Notes under the pieces: model-generated
What the model saw: only the letters and a program-made list of their open reading frames with translations
Databases searched by the model: none
Told to the model about the DNA's origin: nothing
Program-made: the position numbers and the translations under genes
Source of the DNA: Parasitella parasitica NRRL 2501
Lineage: Eukaryota; Fungi; Mucoromycota
Reading direction: 5' to 3'
DNA length: 64,000 nucleotides
NCBI GenBank assembly: GCA_025201805.1
Contig: MU619240.1
Coordinates: forward strand, 273,571-337,570
Part shown: one piece after another, positions 26,246 through 39,800 of the stretch
How positions within the stretch are numbered: the first letter of the stretch is position 1
Layout of the letters: every line of letters begins with the position of its first letter

Positions 26246-26967
26246 CAACAACAGCACTGATGATGGTATCGATTTACGACCATTTGCCAATACACTTCGT
26301 TTCCAACAATTACCGATCCTCAAACTCCCCAACAAAGACGTCCGCTTTATTATGCAATCATTAGACACACTGGATGTTGGCCGTCATTTCAACAGGAGTA
26401 TCTCGAAAAAACAGTGGACAGCGTTCTACAAAAACAACATGCACTACTCGGCCCGTAACCTGTGGTATCGGATGCTTCACAAACAATCATCCAACAAGCT
26501 CGCTTTGTTCCAGCGACACCTGCCCAATATGGAATCTGATCGTTGCGACCTATGCAATGAAGTGGAAGATGCCAAACATCTTTTAATCAGTTGCGCCCAC
26601 AAGATTGACGTATNNNNNNNNNNNNNNNNNNNNNNNNNNNNNNNNNNNNNNNNNNNNNNNNNNNNNNNNNNNNNNNNNNNNNNNNNNNNNNNNNNNNNNN
26701 NNNNNNNNNNNNNNNNNNNNNNNNNNNNNNNNNNNNNNNNNNNNNNNNNNNNNNNNNNNNNNNNNNNNNNNNNNNNNNNNNNNNNNNNNNNNNNNNNNNN
26801 NNNNNNNNNNNNNNNNNNNNNNNNNNNNNNNNNNNNNNNNNNNNNNNNNNNNNNNNNNNNNNNNNNNNNNNNNNNNNNNNNNNNNNNNNNNNNNNNNNNN
26901 NNNNNNNNNNNNNNNNNNNNNNNNNNNNNNNNNNNNNNNNNNNNNNNNAAAAAAAAAAAAAAAAAAA
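26246..26967 (+). mobile_element. 5'-truncated non-LTR retrotransposon (L1-like LINE 3' end) with poly-A tail
   Basis: The open frame 26247-26613 encodes WTAFYK...ARNLWYRMLH...CDLCNEVEDAKHLLISC (zf-RVT-type CCHC). It is followed by an N gap, then poly-A 26949-26970. The flanking 16-bp duplication AAAATGAACGGAAACC is at 26230-26245 and 26968-26983. Confidence 0.88.
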
Positions 26968-28596
26968 AAAATGAACGGAAACCACAAAATCCCAAATTTG
27001 ACCTCGAAAGTTCTGTTTTTTTGTTATGGTATACATTAATGAAAACCATTTCATTTTGCTTCAATTTTAATGTTTGATTGCCATTTGCGATGTTTTCTAT
27101 GCAAAACATAAACTTTTAGCCGAAAAACACATTTTCCTTAAATCGCTGTTTACTCATAATTTTTCGTTCAACATTTATCTGAAACTTATACAATTAAATG
27201 CAAAACTAAGAAATGTACAGATTGACTTGAAACCATATTGCATATTTGCATAGTAATTTTTAGAAATATTAATGAAAAAGGTATCAAAGATCGAAATTAG
27301 AATCTCTGATGAACCAAAAGACGAAGGAAAGAAAAAGAGAGTCGGAGGTCGAATTCGGAGCAGAAGCAGTGGCAGCAGAGCAGCACACTACATGCTTCAG
27401 AAAGAGGTTTGAGCAGAGTAAACGATCAATGTAAAGAAAGGCATACTAAAATGAAGGCGATAATACGTTGTAAAGAGCTTTTAGAGCGCCTCTAACTATC
27501 AAAGATGATTGAACAAAGCGCCTTCAGTTTTTTAAATGTCTATATTCATTCGACCTTAACTGCTACTATTTTCTTAGCTGCCACATCTATTTAGTAACTG
27601 CCATCATTGTCTTAAATGTTCACATTGTTCCCGCTCGTCATCTGAAAAGTGTGGATAGTTAAGCGGGTGTATAGACAGTTTGCTAGCTTATTGGCAAGAC
27701 GAGAATAAACAAATGCTAGTAGGATAATTTCTTTTGCTATACTATTGTGACAAAAGTAGTACACTTGAGCGATGAAAAATCCAGTATTATCAGACCATGA
27801 GAGCTGTCATAATTTTTATAATTCAAAAGTGATTAATTTTCAAAGATTTTACTTTTGATTCAAGACTACTTGGAGTCTGCCTGTTGATGAGATATATTCT
27901 TCTCATGAGCTAGAATGACTCCTTTGTAGTTTTATTTTTGGATTATTTTACTATAATGTCTCTTGAGTATAACATATTCATAGCTTAAATGCATCTTGGT
28001 AAACCAATCAAAGAGTGGTGAATTATTTTACACTGGCAGCTAGATTTAGAAACGGAGGCATTTCTTGTATAGTATAGCAGTAGCAACAAAATGCAGCCAA
28101 TACCCATATCACAGATAAGGGGACTATTGAAGGAGTCGGGAACGAGGACCTATGCTGGCCTAAATGTATTGGTTCCATCCGACTTTCTTTGTATGCTTAC
28201 AACTACGTAACAGTGTCATACTCGGCACACATGTTTATTTGAAAAAAAAAAAAATACACCATCTACAAATTGATTACAAGCATTATGGAATAAACTGATG
28301 ATGATAGGCTCGACAGATTATATGTACATATATCAAGGAGAGCGATATTAATATAATGAGGCAATTTACGCGAATGATAACGAAGCCATACGCCCAAACT
28401 ACCCTTAGTGTATAGAGACGCACATATATGCCATTTACTAGTAGCAATTGTGGTGTAGAATGTAGCAGGAGTACCGTTCAACGTATAAATTATAAATAAA
28501 ACATTAATTGGATTCATGAGAGCGCTCTGTACACCATCATATATTTACAATGCGGCCAAGATTTACTGTAGTGTAATGCAGCAAAACCCTTTTTTA

Positions 28597-29898
28597 TTAA
28601 TCTTTCTTTGGCTTTAATTGATTCAAACCAAACTTTTTGTTGAATATCATATCTTTGAGAAAGAATGGAAGATAATAAAATAAGAGAAACACCCAAGAAT
28701 TAGCACCATATGTAATATATCTAGGAGATATGGGCTGGAGTACCTTCTTGACAACATGCGTGGCGAAAACCTCATTGGGGGTATTTCCAGTACCTGAAAG
28801 TTAATTTTGTTTGAGGCTATTTGCAAGATAGGGATAAAGTAGTATATACCTTGAGACATGTTGGCGCGAGCAATAACAAACTTGGCTACAGAGGTGTAAA
28901 GAGAATCTACAAAACAGAACAGCACAGCACAGCACACATGCCCATAAATAACAACATCAAGGAGAATGAGTTATCGATTATCCTCTATACCTTCAGGGAT
29001 GTCGACTGTTTTGGCGCCAGCACTGCCAAAGTTTGATTTGATAGAACCCGGCGCAACAACAACAACTTGAATACCAAATGGCTTCAATTCAAGGCGCAAG
29101 GTGTCTGACATGGAATGAAGCGCAGCCTTTGAAAGAGAGTATATGCCAGCCCAAGGGGTGGCAGCATAACCCACAACAGATCCGACATTCACAATTTTAC
29201 CTGAACCTCTCTTAGCCATATGAAGTGCAACAGCTTTTGACATTGCAAGTGTACCAAATACGTTAGTGTTTACACATTGGTGCGCTACTTGCAAATCAAT
29301 GTCCATTAATGCGCCTACAGCACTATATGATACGCCAGCCGTTAAACAAGCATTACACAACCACAGGCAATGAAAACTTACGGTGCACCTGCATTATTGA
29401 TCAGCACATCTATATTAGATAATTATTAAGACGCTTTTGAGTAACGGTGGGGATTGCGTCCTAACTTACCAATATGACCAACTCTATCGATAACTTTCTA
29501 ATGAGAGATGTAACATGGATGAGTCATCTTTTATTCATATGCTGATGTGGTTGCTGACTGTACCCGAACAACTGTGTCGATTGAATTCTGATCATTGATG
29601 TCGAGAGCTTCCTTTTCACAGCCAAATTCTGCGGTTTATTATTATTAATGCACAGCACTCGGTTCTTGAAATCCCAAATTCACCTTCTAACCCTTCCAAT
29701 GCGTTGATGTTGCGAGTTGTTGCAATGACATGACTTCCTTCTTGTGCAAACTTTTGAGAAAGAGCATAGCCTGGTTTAAAAGGAAAAGATATATGGATAC
29801 GGCCTATTTTTAGAATTACGTGTATTATTATATCATCGCTACATACCTATGCCGCCTTTGGAGCAACCAGTGATAAGGACGACTTGTCGCTGTGTCAT
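28597..29898 (-). CDS. Short-chain dehydrogenase, AYR1-like (1-acyl-DHAP reductase family), multi-exon
   Basis: MTQRQVVLITGCSKGGIG, DVLINNAG, NTNVFG, GSVVG, YSLSK (YxxxK), LRLELKPFGIQV. The hydrophobic C-terminal helix ends in KPKKD (KxKxx-like). Confidence 0.85.
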
Positions 29899-30179
29899 TG
29901 ATAGAGAGCGAAATGTGAATAAAGGGAAAAAGCGTTTTGGTGTTGGGTCTCGAGAAAAAAGGCATCATCATAAACAAAAACAAATGCCGCCTTCTTGGTC
30001 ATACAAAGCAGAGGTTACATGGAAAGGAAAAAAAAAAAAAGGTATTTATTATTGATAGTATTATTATGGGATGCTAATATTAAATATGGAGATATATATT
30101 GTACAGAGCGTGAAGGGAAGAGCAGGATATACAGCGGGGAGAAGAAAATCAAAAAATGAGGAAGAGAAAGAGCATGTAT

Positions 30180-30437
30180 CTAGCACAAAATGCCGCTGTT
30201 TGCAGTTGTTGTGGGTTTGGCTTTATGGCGATGATCTTGTTGTTGGCCACAGGTACCACTACTATCGATATCCTCTTCTAGTGCTGGAAACGAAAAGTAC
30301 ATTTTTTCGAATGGGCTGTTGCCTTGGTCCTTGTTGTCGACTTGCTCTTGCTGTTGCTTTGAAGGTAAAACAAGCAGTAAAAGTTGCTTGACAAATGTAG
30401 GCATGTTTGATTGTTCGTCTTGAATTTGCTCGGTCAT
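30180..30437 (-). CDS. Small hypothetical protein (85 aa)
   Basis: ATG-initiated ORF in an otherwise AT-rich intergenic region, with a pyrimidine-rich leader on the coding strand. No recognisable domain. Confidence 0.4.
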   Translation of the reverse strand: MTEQIQDEQSNMPTFVKQLLLLVLPSKQQQEQVDNKDQGNSPFEKMYFSFPALEEDIDSSGTCGQQQDHRHKAKPTTTANSGILC

Positions 30438-32141
30438 GAAGTTGTACGGTTAAATGAATGAATTATGTGGAGAAGCTGATTTGCACCCGAACGCGCTGGA
30501 TGAGTTGGTATATTGAAGAGGCAAAAGAGTGAAATTGAAATAATTTGAAAAAGAAGAAAGAAGAGAGTCGAAAAGAGAACTTTTTATATACACAAAGAAC
30601 ATGTTTCCTGTCGTAGCATTTCATTGGGATACAAATATATTTATACAGAGAAAGACATGGCATACACAAAGTTTGAAAGGGACATGTGCTTTGAAGTGTC
30701 TGATTGAAAGACCTTTTTTTCCCCTTACCTAGTACCCGATCCTTCAGACCCAAGGAGAGCAAATAAAGTGGTGGTGTAGGGATATGTATTTGCACAAAAA
30801 GAAAGGAAAGATTGGCCCAGAACTTGTTTCCTTTTATGTCTTTTTTTCTTAAAGGGAAGCAACCGAATTGCATGCACCACATTACAAAAGTGCTGAATCT
30901 GAGGTTACATTTTTCAATGGACTGCAACATTCTTATATGTTGTATGCCTGGAAAGAGGTTCTTTCAACAAGATTCCTGAGATACACACTGCACACGGTTA
31001 AACTTGGGCTTAAATGTATGTGTGCCATTTTCACAGATGATGAACTAAAAAATGACAGAAAAAACGCAGGTATTTATTGTTACACTCGCTCGTTACACAT
31101 TTTTCTTGGACAACGTCGGATTGAAGAGCAAGAACAATGATTGTGTATGTGTATTTGAGCGTGTGTTTGTATATGATGTGAGTGTGCTAAACAACAACAA
31201 TGCAGGATCGGGTTGAATTATTTGTTGTTCAAAGGCATTCGTTTTTGGCTGATTATTCACTAATAATGAAAAAATGCATGAGTTGGAAAATAAAGAAAAA
31301 AAACAAACAATATGTGTGGTTTTTTGCTTTTTTTTTCTCATTGCACTATACTTTTCAAACACTAAGAACATTTTTGTGCGACAGCTGGCATCTATTGAAG
31401 AATTCAAAAGTACAAGCAGAATGAGCCAACATCTTTAGGGAGAGTGATGGCTTCATTCCATTGAATTATGTCTAGTTTTATTGTTGAGGCACTATTAGAA
31501 TGGCGAGGATAATGAAAAAAAAAAAAAAAATCTCGCCAAAATAATTTGAGGGTACCTTTTTCGCTACATGTTTGTGAGTTTATGACATTTAAGTGGAATT
31601 CTCTTTTAATAGAGCAGAAAACAAATTTTGCCTATGAAATAAAAGAGCTATGAATCTCGATATAATGAATTAGCCCCACATGTACGCTTGTACGATACAC
31701 TAAATCATACACAGCCGGTGAGAATTTCTTTTGTACATAAGCCTGCCTGAATATATGTAATCAGTAGATGTGTCTCATCTAAAATGATCTGAAATGATAC
31801 GTGTCTCAATTAAAGTATCTGTGCATCGGATTTATATGTACAAGTTTATCATAAATATTTACAGGGTTTTATCACCATACCAAGTTTTGGTGGGTAAATT
31901 TTTATCGTAGTCTTTTGATTATATTATGCAGAATTTGTAAAAAAAAGATTATTCGCTAACCGCTGAGAAATCATTGAATGGCGCAATTTTGGCTCAAAGG
32001 TTGGTATTTTCCAATGAATATGTTGCAATATCCTACTTATCACGCAATAAGTGTCTTGTACTCATCATAGAATGGCAATTTATAAAGAGTTGTTTAATGA
32101 GTTTGTTTGCTTTCTTGGTTTAACTAATAAAAAACACAGTA

Positions 32142-33281
32142 ATGTCTGCCGCCACTGCAATCCATTCTATCCCTGCTTCTTCCGCTGAAAAAAAATCCAG
32201 CAACTGGCGTGGCTTCTCTCTTGACGGCCAAAATCACACTGCCCAAGCCGAGTACCCTGAGCGCATTTCAGGCCCCTCTGTTTGGGATGGCAAGCAGCTC
32301 GAATCTCAACCTGAAAAATGGATATACTACTTTACGCCCGCAGATGTCGCAGATATCGACCAAGCAATCAAGCACTTTGCGTCTCTTGATCTTGCTCTCG
32401 GCGAAATCAAGCCTGAAAACTTCCCCCTCAAGCACTTTCACAAAGTTATCCTCAAGCAGCGTCAAGATCTCTTCCATGGCTTGGGCTTTGGCTTGTTTCG
32501 TGGTTTCCCCATCAACGACTATGAGCGTAAAGAACAGGCAATTTTTTTTATGGGAATTGGCTCATACATTGGCTCTCGTAAACCACAGAATGGTAAAGGC
32601 CACGTTTTGGGACATGTCAAAGACTTGACTGAGGGCTCTACTACCAAGGCTGTCTACAAGGAGGATGATCCTACTACTCGCATTTACGCTACTCGCAAGG
32701 CTCAGCCTTTCCATGTCGATGGCACAGATATTGTTGCTCTCTTGTGCTTGAATGAAGGTAATGATGGCGGTTTAAGCTCAATTATCTCGTCCCATACTGT
32801 GTACAATCGCTTGAAGGAACTGCGTCCTGATATTGTTGAGCTAATGAAGCAGCCTTGGTTATGGGATCGCAAAGGCGAGCACGGCCCTCAAGAGCCTGCC
32901 TATTTGGCTGCTTCTCCTTTGACTTATTTTCAGGAACGTTTATTCACATTCTGGGGCCCTCACTTTTTTGAAACTGTCAATAGATTCCCGGGGGTTACTG
33001 TAGAGGAGGAAAAGTTTGAAGCAATGCGCTATATCCAAGACTTGTGTGAGCGTGAAGCCTTAAATATGAAATTGCAAGTCGGCGATGTGCAATTTGTTGC
33101 GAATCATTCTATATTACATGCTCGCACTGCGTATACAGACAGACCCAGCCAAACCCGCCATCTTTTGCGCCTCTGGTTTATGGTTAATCAAAAAGATGTG
33201 AATGTAGCTATGCCATTCGTAAAGGCCGATTATAACTATGAATATGCTGGTGAGCAAGTTGTTCCATTGGAGGCGGAATAG
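32142..33281 (+). CDS. TauD/TfdA (clavaminate synthase-like) 2OG-dependent dioxygenase, intronless
   Basis: GPSVWDG, QNGKGHVLGHVKDL, QPFHVD (HxD), LALLCL-like IVALLCL, NHSILHART, RHLLRLW. Confidence 0.9.
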   Translation: MSAATAIHSIPASSAEKKSSNWRGFSLDGQNHTAQAEYPERISGPSVWDGKQLESQPEKWIYYFTPADVADIDQAIKHFASLDLALGEIKPENFPLKHFHKVILKQRQDLFHGLGFGLFRGFPINDYERKEQAIFFMGIGSYIGSRKPQNGKGHVLGHVKDLTEGSTTKAVYKEDDPTTRIYATRKAQPFHVDGTDIVALLCLNEGNDGGLSSIISSHTVYNRLKELRPDIVELMKQPWLWDRKGEHGPQEPAYLAASPLTYFQERLFTFWGPHFFETVNRFPGVTVEEEKFEAMRYIQDLCEREALNMKLQVGDVQFVANHSILHARTAYTDRPSQTRHLLRLWFMVNQKDVNVAMPFVKADYNYEYAGEQVVPLEAE

Positions 33282-33955
33282 GCGTATAGCCCTAGCCCTG
33301 TCATGCTTGGATTATTGACTAACTGCATATTCTCATATAACACTAATATCTTATATCTATTGGAACAAAAGAAATAAAAACAACCACTTTGCTCATGTAA
33401 CTGTATGTTTTTTTCAAAATCCATACCGTCAATTGCAGCGTTTGCCGAATAAGCCAGCATTCCATCAAGCGCATCCCATAGTTCCGACTTGTATCGGTAG
33501 CAATTTATCTAATTCTAACTATTAGTTTGTTTTTGGCCTTTGTGCAAGTGTATACATCTTGATTCCGGCAGCTTTTTACAATCTTTTTCGCAGCTACAAA
33601 CAGTGAACACCCACTGGCAATAAAAGACGAGGTATGATAGCAAATTGCACCAAGTCGGATGGCAATGGAGAACTAATATATATATATATATATATACGCG
33701 AATTACAGTCAAGTCTTGGTGAAAAGACATTTGAATAGTAGATACTTTTGGGCTCGACCTGGTCAAGGGTTTTCGTAGCTGCTTGGGATTCAGGATTAGT
33801 GATTCCACTTCTTTCCTCCTTAAAGACGAGTCTCAATCATTTGGTGACGCCCATTTACTCTTTCCAAACGGTCACTGGGAATTGTCAACCTCGGGAAAGC
33901 CACTTTCACTTGAAAAAAACTTTCGCTATACATCTTTGGTTGCAGTAAACACAAT

Positions 33956-35461
33956 ATGGCAGCAAAGATTAGACAAAAAAAGTTGGACGCAATTGCAGCA
34001 GCAGCTATGCCTGTTGGCCAAAAGATAGTTGCTCAATTCAAGACTGCCGAAGGAGAGACTACTGGCCCTCCACTCAATTTGCCCGGAGATGCCACACCTG
34101 AACAGCTTGAATTACTGTTGAATCAGCTTTTAAACCAAGTAAGTTGATGGAATCAGGATATTAAGCATCCACTGTAACAACTCAACTAGGGCGAGGACCC
34201 TCTTCCCTACTCATTCCATGTCAACGAGGAAGAAATTATTAAAAATCTTTGGGTTGATCGCAAAGACAAATCAACCGAAGACACACTGGTAATCGTTTAT
34301 CAGCCTCAAGCTATTTTCAGAGTGCGAGCAGTATCTCGCTGTACATCGACACTCTCTGGTCATACTGAAGCCATTCTATCTTGCTCATTCAGTCCTGATG
34401 GCACTCAATTAGCCACGGGATCCGGCGATTGCACCGTTCGTATATGGGATTTGAATACAGAAACACCTCAAAACACACTCAAAGGACATGCTGGGTGGGT
34501 TTTATCGATAGCATGGTCTCCTGATGGCACCACTTTAGCCTCAGGCAGTATGGATAACACAGTTCGCCTATGGAACCCGAAGACTGGTAAACAAATTGGC
34601 GATGGTCTCAAAGGTCATCGCAAATGGATTACTAGTTTGGCTTGGGAGCCTTACCATTTGAACTCACAGGCCAATCGCTTAGCCAGTTCGTCTAAAGATC
34701 ACACTGTTCGAGTATGGAATACCTCGTCACGAAGAATGCTTTTCAACATTGCTCAACATACTGCTGCTGTTACCTGCGTCAAGTGGGGCGGCGAAGGTTT
34801 GATATACACAGCCTCGCAAGATAAAACTATCAAGGTGTGGAATTCATCCGGCATGCTTGTGAAAACGTTAGAAGGTCATGGTCATTGGGTCAATACACTA
34901 GCGCTCAGTACAGACTTTGTACTTCGTACTGGACCTTTTGATCACATGGGAAAGAGGCCTAAAGGAGAACAAGAGGCCCAGACTGCCGCTATTGCAAGAT
35001 ACGACGCATTTAAGAAATCAAGTTCGGAGAGGCTTGTTTCTGGTTCTGATGATTTTACCATGTTCTTTTGGGAGCCTGAAAAGAGCAAGAATCCTATTAC
35101 CCGTATGACAGGCCATCAGAAGCTTGTCAATCATGTCGCCTTTTCACCTGATGGCAGATTGATTGCAAGTGCATCTTTCGATAACTCAGTCAAGCTTTGG
35201 GATGGCGCTACTGGTAAATTTATAGGCAATCTGAGAGGACACGTTGGTGCTGTATATCAAGTTAGCTGGTCCAGTGATTCTCGTTTGTTGATCAGTTCAA
35301 GTAAGGATACTACATTGAAAATCTGGGATATCAAAAAAATGAAGATCAAGATGGACTTGCCCGGTCATTTGGACGAAGTGTTTGCCGTCGATTGGTCTCC
35401 TGGAGGAGATAAAGTCGCAAGTGGCGGCAAAGACAAGCAGCTCAAGATTTGGAGACATTAG
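33956..35461 (+). CDS. RSA4: Ribosome assembly protein Rsa4/Notchless (NLE domain + WD40)
   Basis: NLE domain (TPEQLELLLNQLL...PLPYSF...YQPQAIFRVRAVSRC) and eight WD40 repeats ending GGKDKQLKIWRH. Intron 34139-34189. Confidence 0.96.
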
Positions 35462-35568
35462 ATTATATTATATATATTTTTGTACATTTTCAGTAATTAT
35501 AAGTAAAGGAAAAAAAAAACAAAATAGCAATTAAAGAACTAGGCTTTTTTTCTATATCGTTTTATGTT

Positions 35569-36877
35569 TTAGTTGGTATCTACATTATCCTGTTTGGGCT
35601 GCTCTTCGTTTATTTCTTGCTTAGATTTTTTGTTACTCTCGCCTTGTAGAGCTTCCGCTTCTCGTTTTTTATCAGATTTTCCTTGATCATCCTTTGCTTC
35701 ATCCTTTGCTTTCTCAGAGCCCTTGACATTGTCTTTGGGGAGCTTGGGTCTAATATATGGTTGACATCTCCAATAGGCATACTTGCGAATGCCATTCTCA
35801 TCCGCCTGGCCTTGAACATCCTCACCTTCTCCTTGTGCCTCGATGTCTTTCCCCACCAAAGTTTCCAACTCATCCAAAACTTCCACGTACTCGTCTAATG
35901 ACCCGTCTTTGCCAAGGCGAGCTTTACCAAGGCGAGCTCTCATTTCCGTGTGATGAGGTAATACTGAATGCAATATCTTGAACAAATGACCCTTGATAGA
36001 ACTCCCGTTGGTTTTCTCGACTTTGCAAATTTCTAAATATTCACGAGCCATTTCAATTGCCAAGGGAGGGAACTTGTGATGCTTTGAGAAGATGGCTGGA
36101 TTGTAAAGACTTCCCTCTGCGGCCATAACAGCATCGACACCAGTGTAGTCCAGACATCTTTGTATGTCGTCGTGGTATAGTATATTCCCATTTGCAACAA
36201 CAGGGATGGTCAATACTTCCTTGACGGCCTTGATCTTTTCCCAATCCGCAATACCTGTATTATGGCCCTTTTGCTCTCTTAATCTACCATGAACAGTCAG
36301 CATCTGAGCACCTGCGTTCTGGATCATCTGGGCATATTCAATTGTCTTTTCTACAGTAGGGAAACAACGAATCTTGACAGTAACAGGGACAGCCAGCTCT
36401 TTGTGCAAAAGGCTGACCATTTTAGCGATCAGCTCCCACTCGTCTTGCAAAAAAGAGCCGTAATGGCCTCTCTTGGCAATGTGCTGAGGACAGCCAAGGT
36501 TGAGATCAACGGCATCACAGTCGTTTTCCACTAGCTTGGCAGCGCTCAAAAGAATTTCGGGATCATTGGCGCAAAACTAAACGCAGGTTCGACAAGGATT
36601 AGTATTGCGCAGCGAAATGTGTCGGATCAAATCAGTTTACCTGGACAATAAGAGGCCTGTCTTCTTTGTTTGTGGTGAATTGCTCGTCTCTGTACTTTTT
36701 ACCTTCACTAAACAGCCTGGCATGGAACATGGGAGTGACACACACATCAGCGCCATATCTTCTGCTAAGGATTCTCCAAGCAAGTTCAGATTGATCAACC
36801 ATAGGGGCTAAAATTGTCTTGGGAGCCTTCAACGTTTGGTTGAAAAACTCATAGCCTTCCAGTTTCACAGGTGCCAT
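35569..36877 (-). CDS. DUS1: tRNA-dihydrouridine(16/17) synthase
   Basis: [71 protein letters not shown]. One intron at about 36578-36640. Confidence 0.94.
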
Positions 36878-39800
36878 TGAATATAACAAAGAGATGAAGC
36901 TGAAAATTTTTTTTTCACTGAATTCCATCAAAACATCGATGTGGGTGTTGTGGTGAATACGGTCACGACTAATCGGAAAAGTCAACTCCAATCAGTTCAG
37001 GATGTCCTAGATCAAATCCAGGAACTTGGGCATTATTTAGCTTATTTAGCAACAAAAACTCATTTCATTAATGTCTTTTGCAAGTCATTTATCATACAAA
37101 TTCTGAGTCCCAGATAACTTTTGACAGCTTGAGGATTTGCATTACCATGGTTACATTCTGCTATAATACGCCAATGAAAATTTTTAGTCATATAAAAACA
37201 CAAGATCTCAAAATAAGGGATATAAGAGCTTGGTAAGCAGGTTTTTTTTTTTTTTTTTTTTNNNNNNNNNNNNNNNNNNNNNNNNNNNNNNNNNNNNNNN
37301 NNNNNNNNNNNNNNNNNNNNNNNNNNNNNNNNNNNNNNNNNNNNNNNNNNNAAAAAAAAAAAAAAAAATAGATATGGCGAATCACCATCTTCTGTCTGTA
37401 AAGTTTGAGGGCCAAGAACTATCTTGTTATAAAATGTTTTACGCTCTTTGGATGTTGCATAAAAGTTGAATATCATGGGGTTTGAATACCACAAAATCAC
37501 AACTTGCGCAACTCAATATCTTGGCTACTACTTTTTGTCCCCTACTGTTGATTTCTTTACCGCCTAGTCGTGAAGAGCCAAGAGATCTCATGGTCGTCAA
37601 GCTAACACTGACTTATCACAAGTGTTTTCAAAAATGCACCAGACGGCGGGCTCTGTTTTCTGTATACAAACGACAGCATTCGGGTACTATTTTGGTGTTT
37701 CAAAAGCAATGTATAATAGATTCATGGGTGTTTGATGCAATACATTTTTGCTCCAAGTCAAAATGTCATTTTAAAGAGAAGACAAGTTTCTGTTTGATGA
37801 ATCATTGCGGCAGCAAAACATCATATGTACATGAACGTTTCAAACACTGTGTCATGAGACATTAGGTTTGTGCATGCTATACTCCGGCTACAAATTGGTG
37901 CCATATTTCTTCTGAATTTTAATGCTAGTAATACAGTGATGGGCTCAACTACAAAACAAGTATCGCTATAAACTGATCGAGAACGTTTTATCATCTGCTA
38001 TATATTCAAATCTTGTTGTATGTATTTGCTGTTGGCCAGTTAGTATGGTCACACGTTTTTCATTGTCGCCATCATTTGCTAATGTGCTGCTACTTGCTTC
38101 TGCTGCTTACTGTTTACGGCTTGCGGCGTATACTTGGACTTTAATCTAATCTACTTCTCACAGTTTTACACATGTGTATATATATATATATATAAATATA
38201 TAAATATATACTTCTTGTACATATACTCCTGTAAAGTGCATTATTTTAGTCAGGTTTAATAAACGCGAATGTCTAAAGAAGTCGTTTCTATTTTTATGAG
38301 CGTAGTGTTTTATGAAAAGAGTAGGTTTTTGCCATATCAAGTAAACAAGTGTCAATATAAAATTAAAATTGTACGTTTTACCCTGTGAAGGCCAGATCAA
38401 GGAGTGTTTATTTAGTTTATTTTCAACCTGCTTTGGCTTTAATTATAGAGAGCAAATGATGTAAAACAGACAGCGTACAGCTACATAGCACTTGCGGATG
38501 ATATACAATAATAGATGATGATGACGATGATTACATATCTATTGCCATGTTCCTGATGTTAAGGTCTTGGTGAAATGTTGCATCAAGTTCTCGGTTTAAT
38601 AGAATGGTTTCATGCGCCTCCAAGTTTTTTCTAGCTCAACAAGCCTATCGAACGTATCATCATTAGTTTTGATAATCATGAGTTGTAGGTTAGCTCTTGC
38701 TGCTGCATATGTAGGCTATGTCGTACCTAAATCCAAAAACACATGTTGACATTATGTGTAACCGAGCTTTTTGTTTGTTTGATCAACATGCTACATTTTT
38801 ATTTAGCTGTGAGATAAACGATGCAGATACGTAATATACTAAAGAGGGTCATTCTATAAAAATAAATCTTGTATTTTCTGTCTTTCTGTCGAGTGTTGTG
38901 TAATTTCTTTTCCTATTTTAATTAAATAGATGAAAGAAGGGAGAGAAAAGGTGTGTGTGAGAGAGCGTGTCATCGATTCAAGGGGAGGAGAAAAAAGAGA
39001 TTAAAAAGCATACTATGTAGATGAGATTTGCAGGTCATTCAATGAACCATAATAATCATTATATTATTGTGATTCTGCCTCCTATAGAAATAAAACGAAT
39101 CTATCAGCTTGTGGTACACATAATCAATTATAATGATGACCCCCTTCTTGCATCTACAAAAGGTAAAGTTAGCCAACTCCTAGCTTTATCAATATACGTC
39201 CAACTGTTGGGCGATCACTGTTATTTTGTTTATGTTTATCAACTTTATATATATATATATACATATACCATATACTACAAGAGGCGGATTTAACCTTTCA
39301 GAAAGGCGTTTCTAAAGCATGTGAATCCGCCTTCTTTGTGTAGTAGGAGCGAATAGGCTTTGTATCTGAATGTAGGGCAGACATGAGACGGACTTGTTTA
39401 TACGCACGTAGCTCTTTATTATGTATTATAATAATGAATTGAAGTAGCTGCATGACGCAAAAGAGTGGAAAAACTATACATTTTATGTATATCGACACGG
39501 TTATCTTTCCACATGGAAAAAAGAAAATCTTTGTGAGCCAAGCTTCTGTACAAAGGGATATGTAATCAATAAGTTAGGACGGAACAAGGAGAATACATGT
39601 AACGACGTTATGAAAAACTACAGGGTCTAAATTTTCTAATTCATCGTGTATCGCCAGTCTATACATGTCAATATACATTTATATAAAATATCTCCTCGGC
39701 AAGATGGATATATATACTAGAAATTTGACATTTATAGTTTAGTAGATGGTACGCCATTGTTTATTAAATATTTACAAAATACTAGTGCATAATTCATGTT

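Noticed and set aside
38607-38752. Possible spliced 24-aa micro-ORF on the minus strand (MSTCVFGFR/LVELEKTWRRMKPFY)
   Set aside because: Splice-like signals are present, but it is too short and has no homology evidence.
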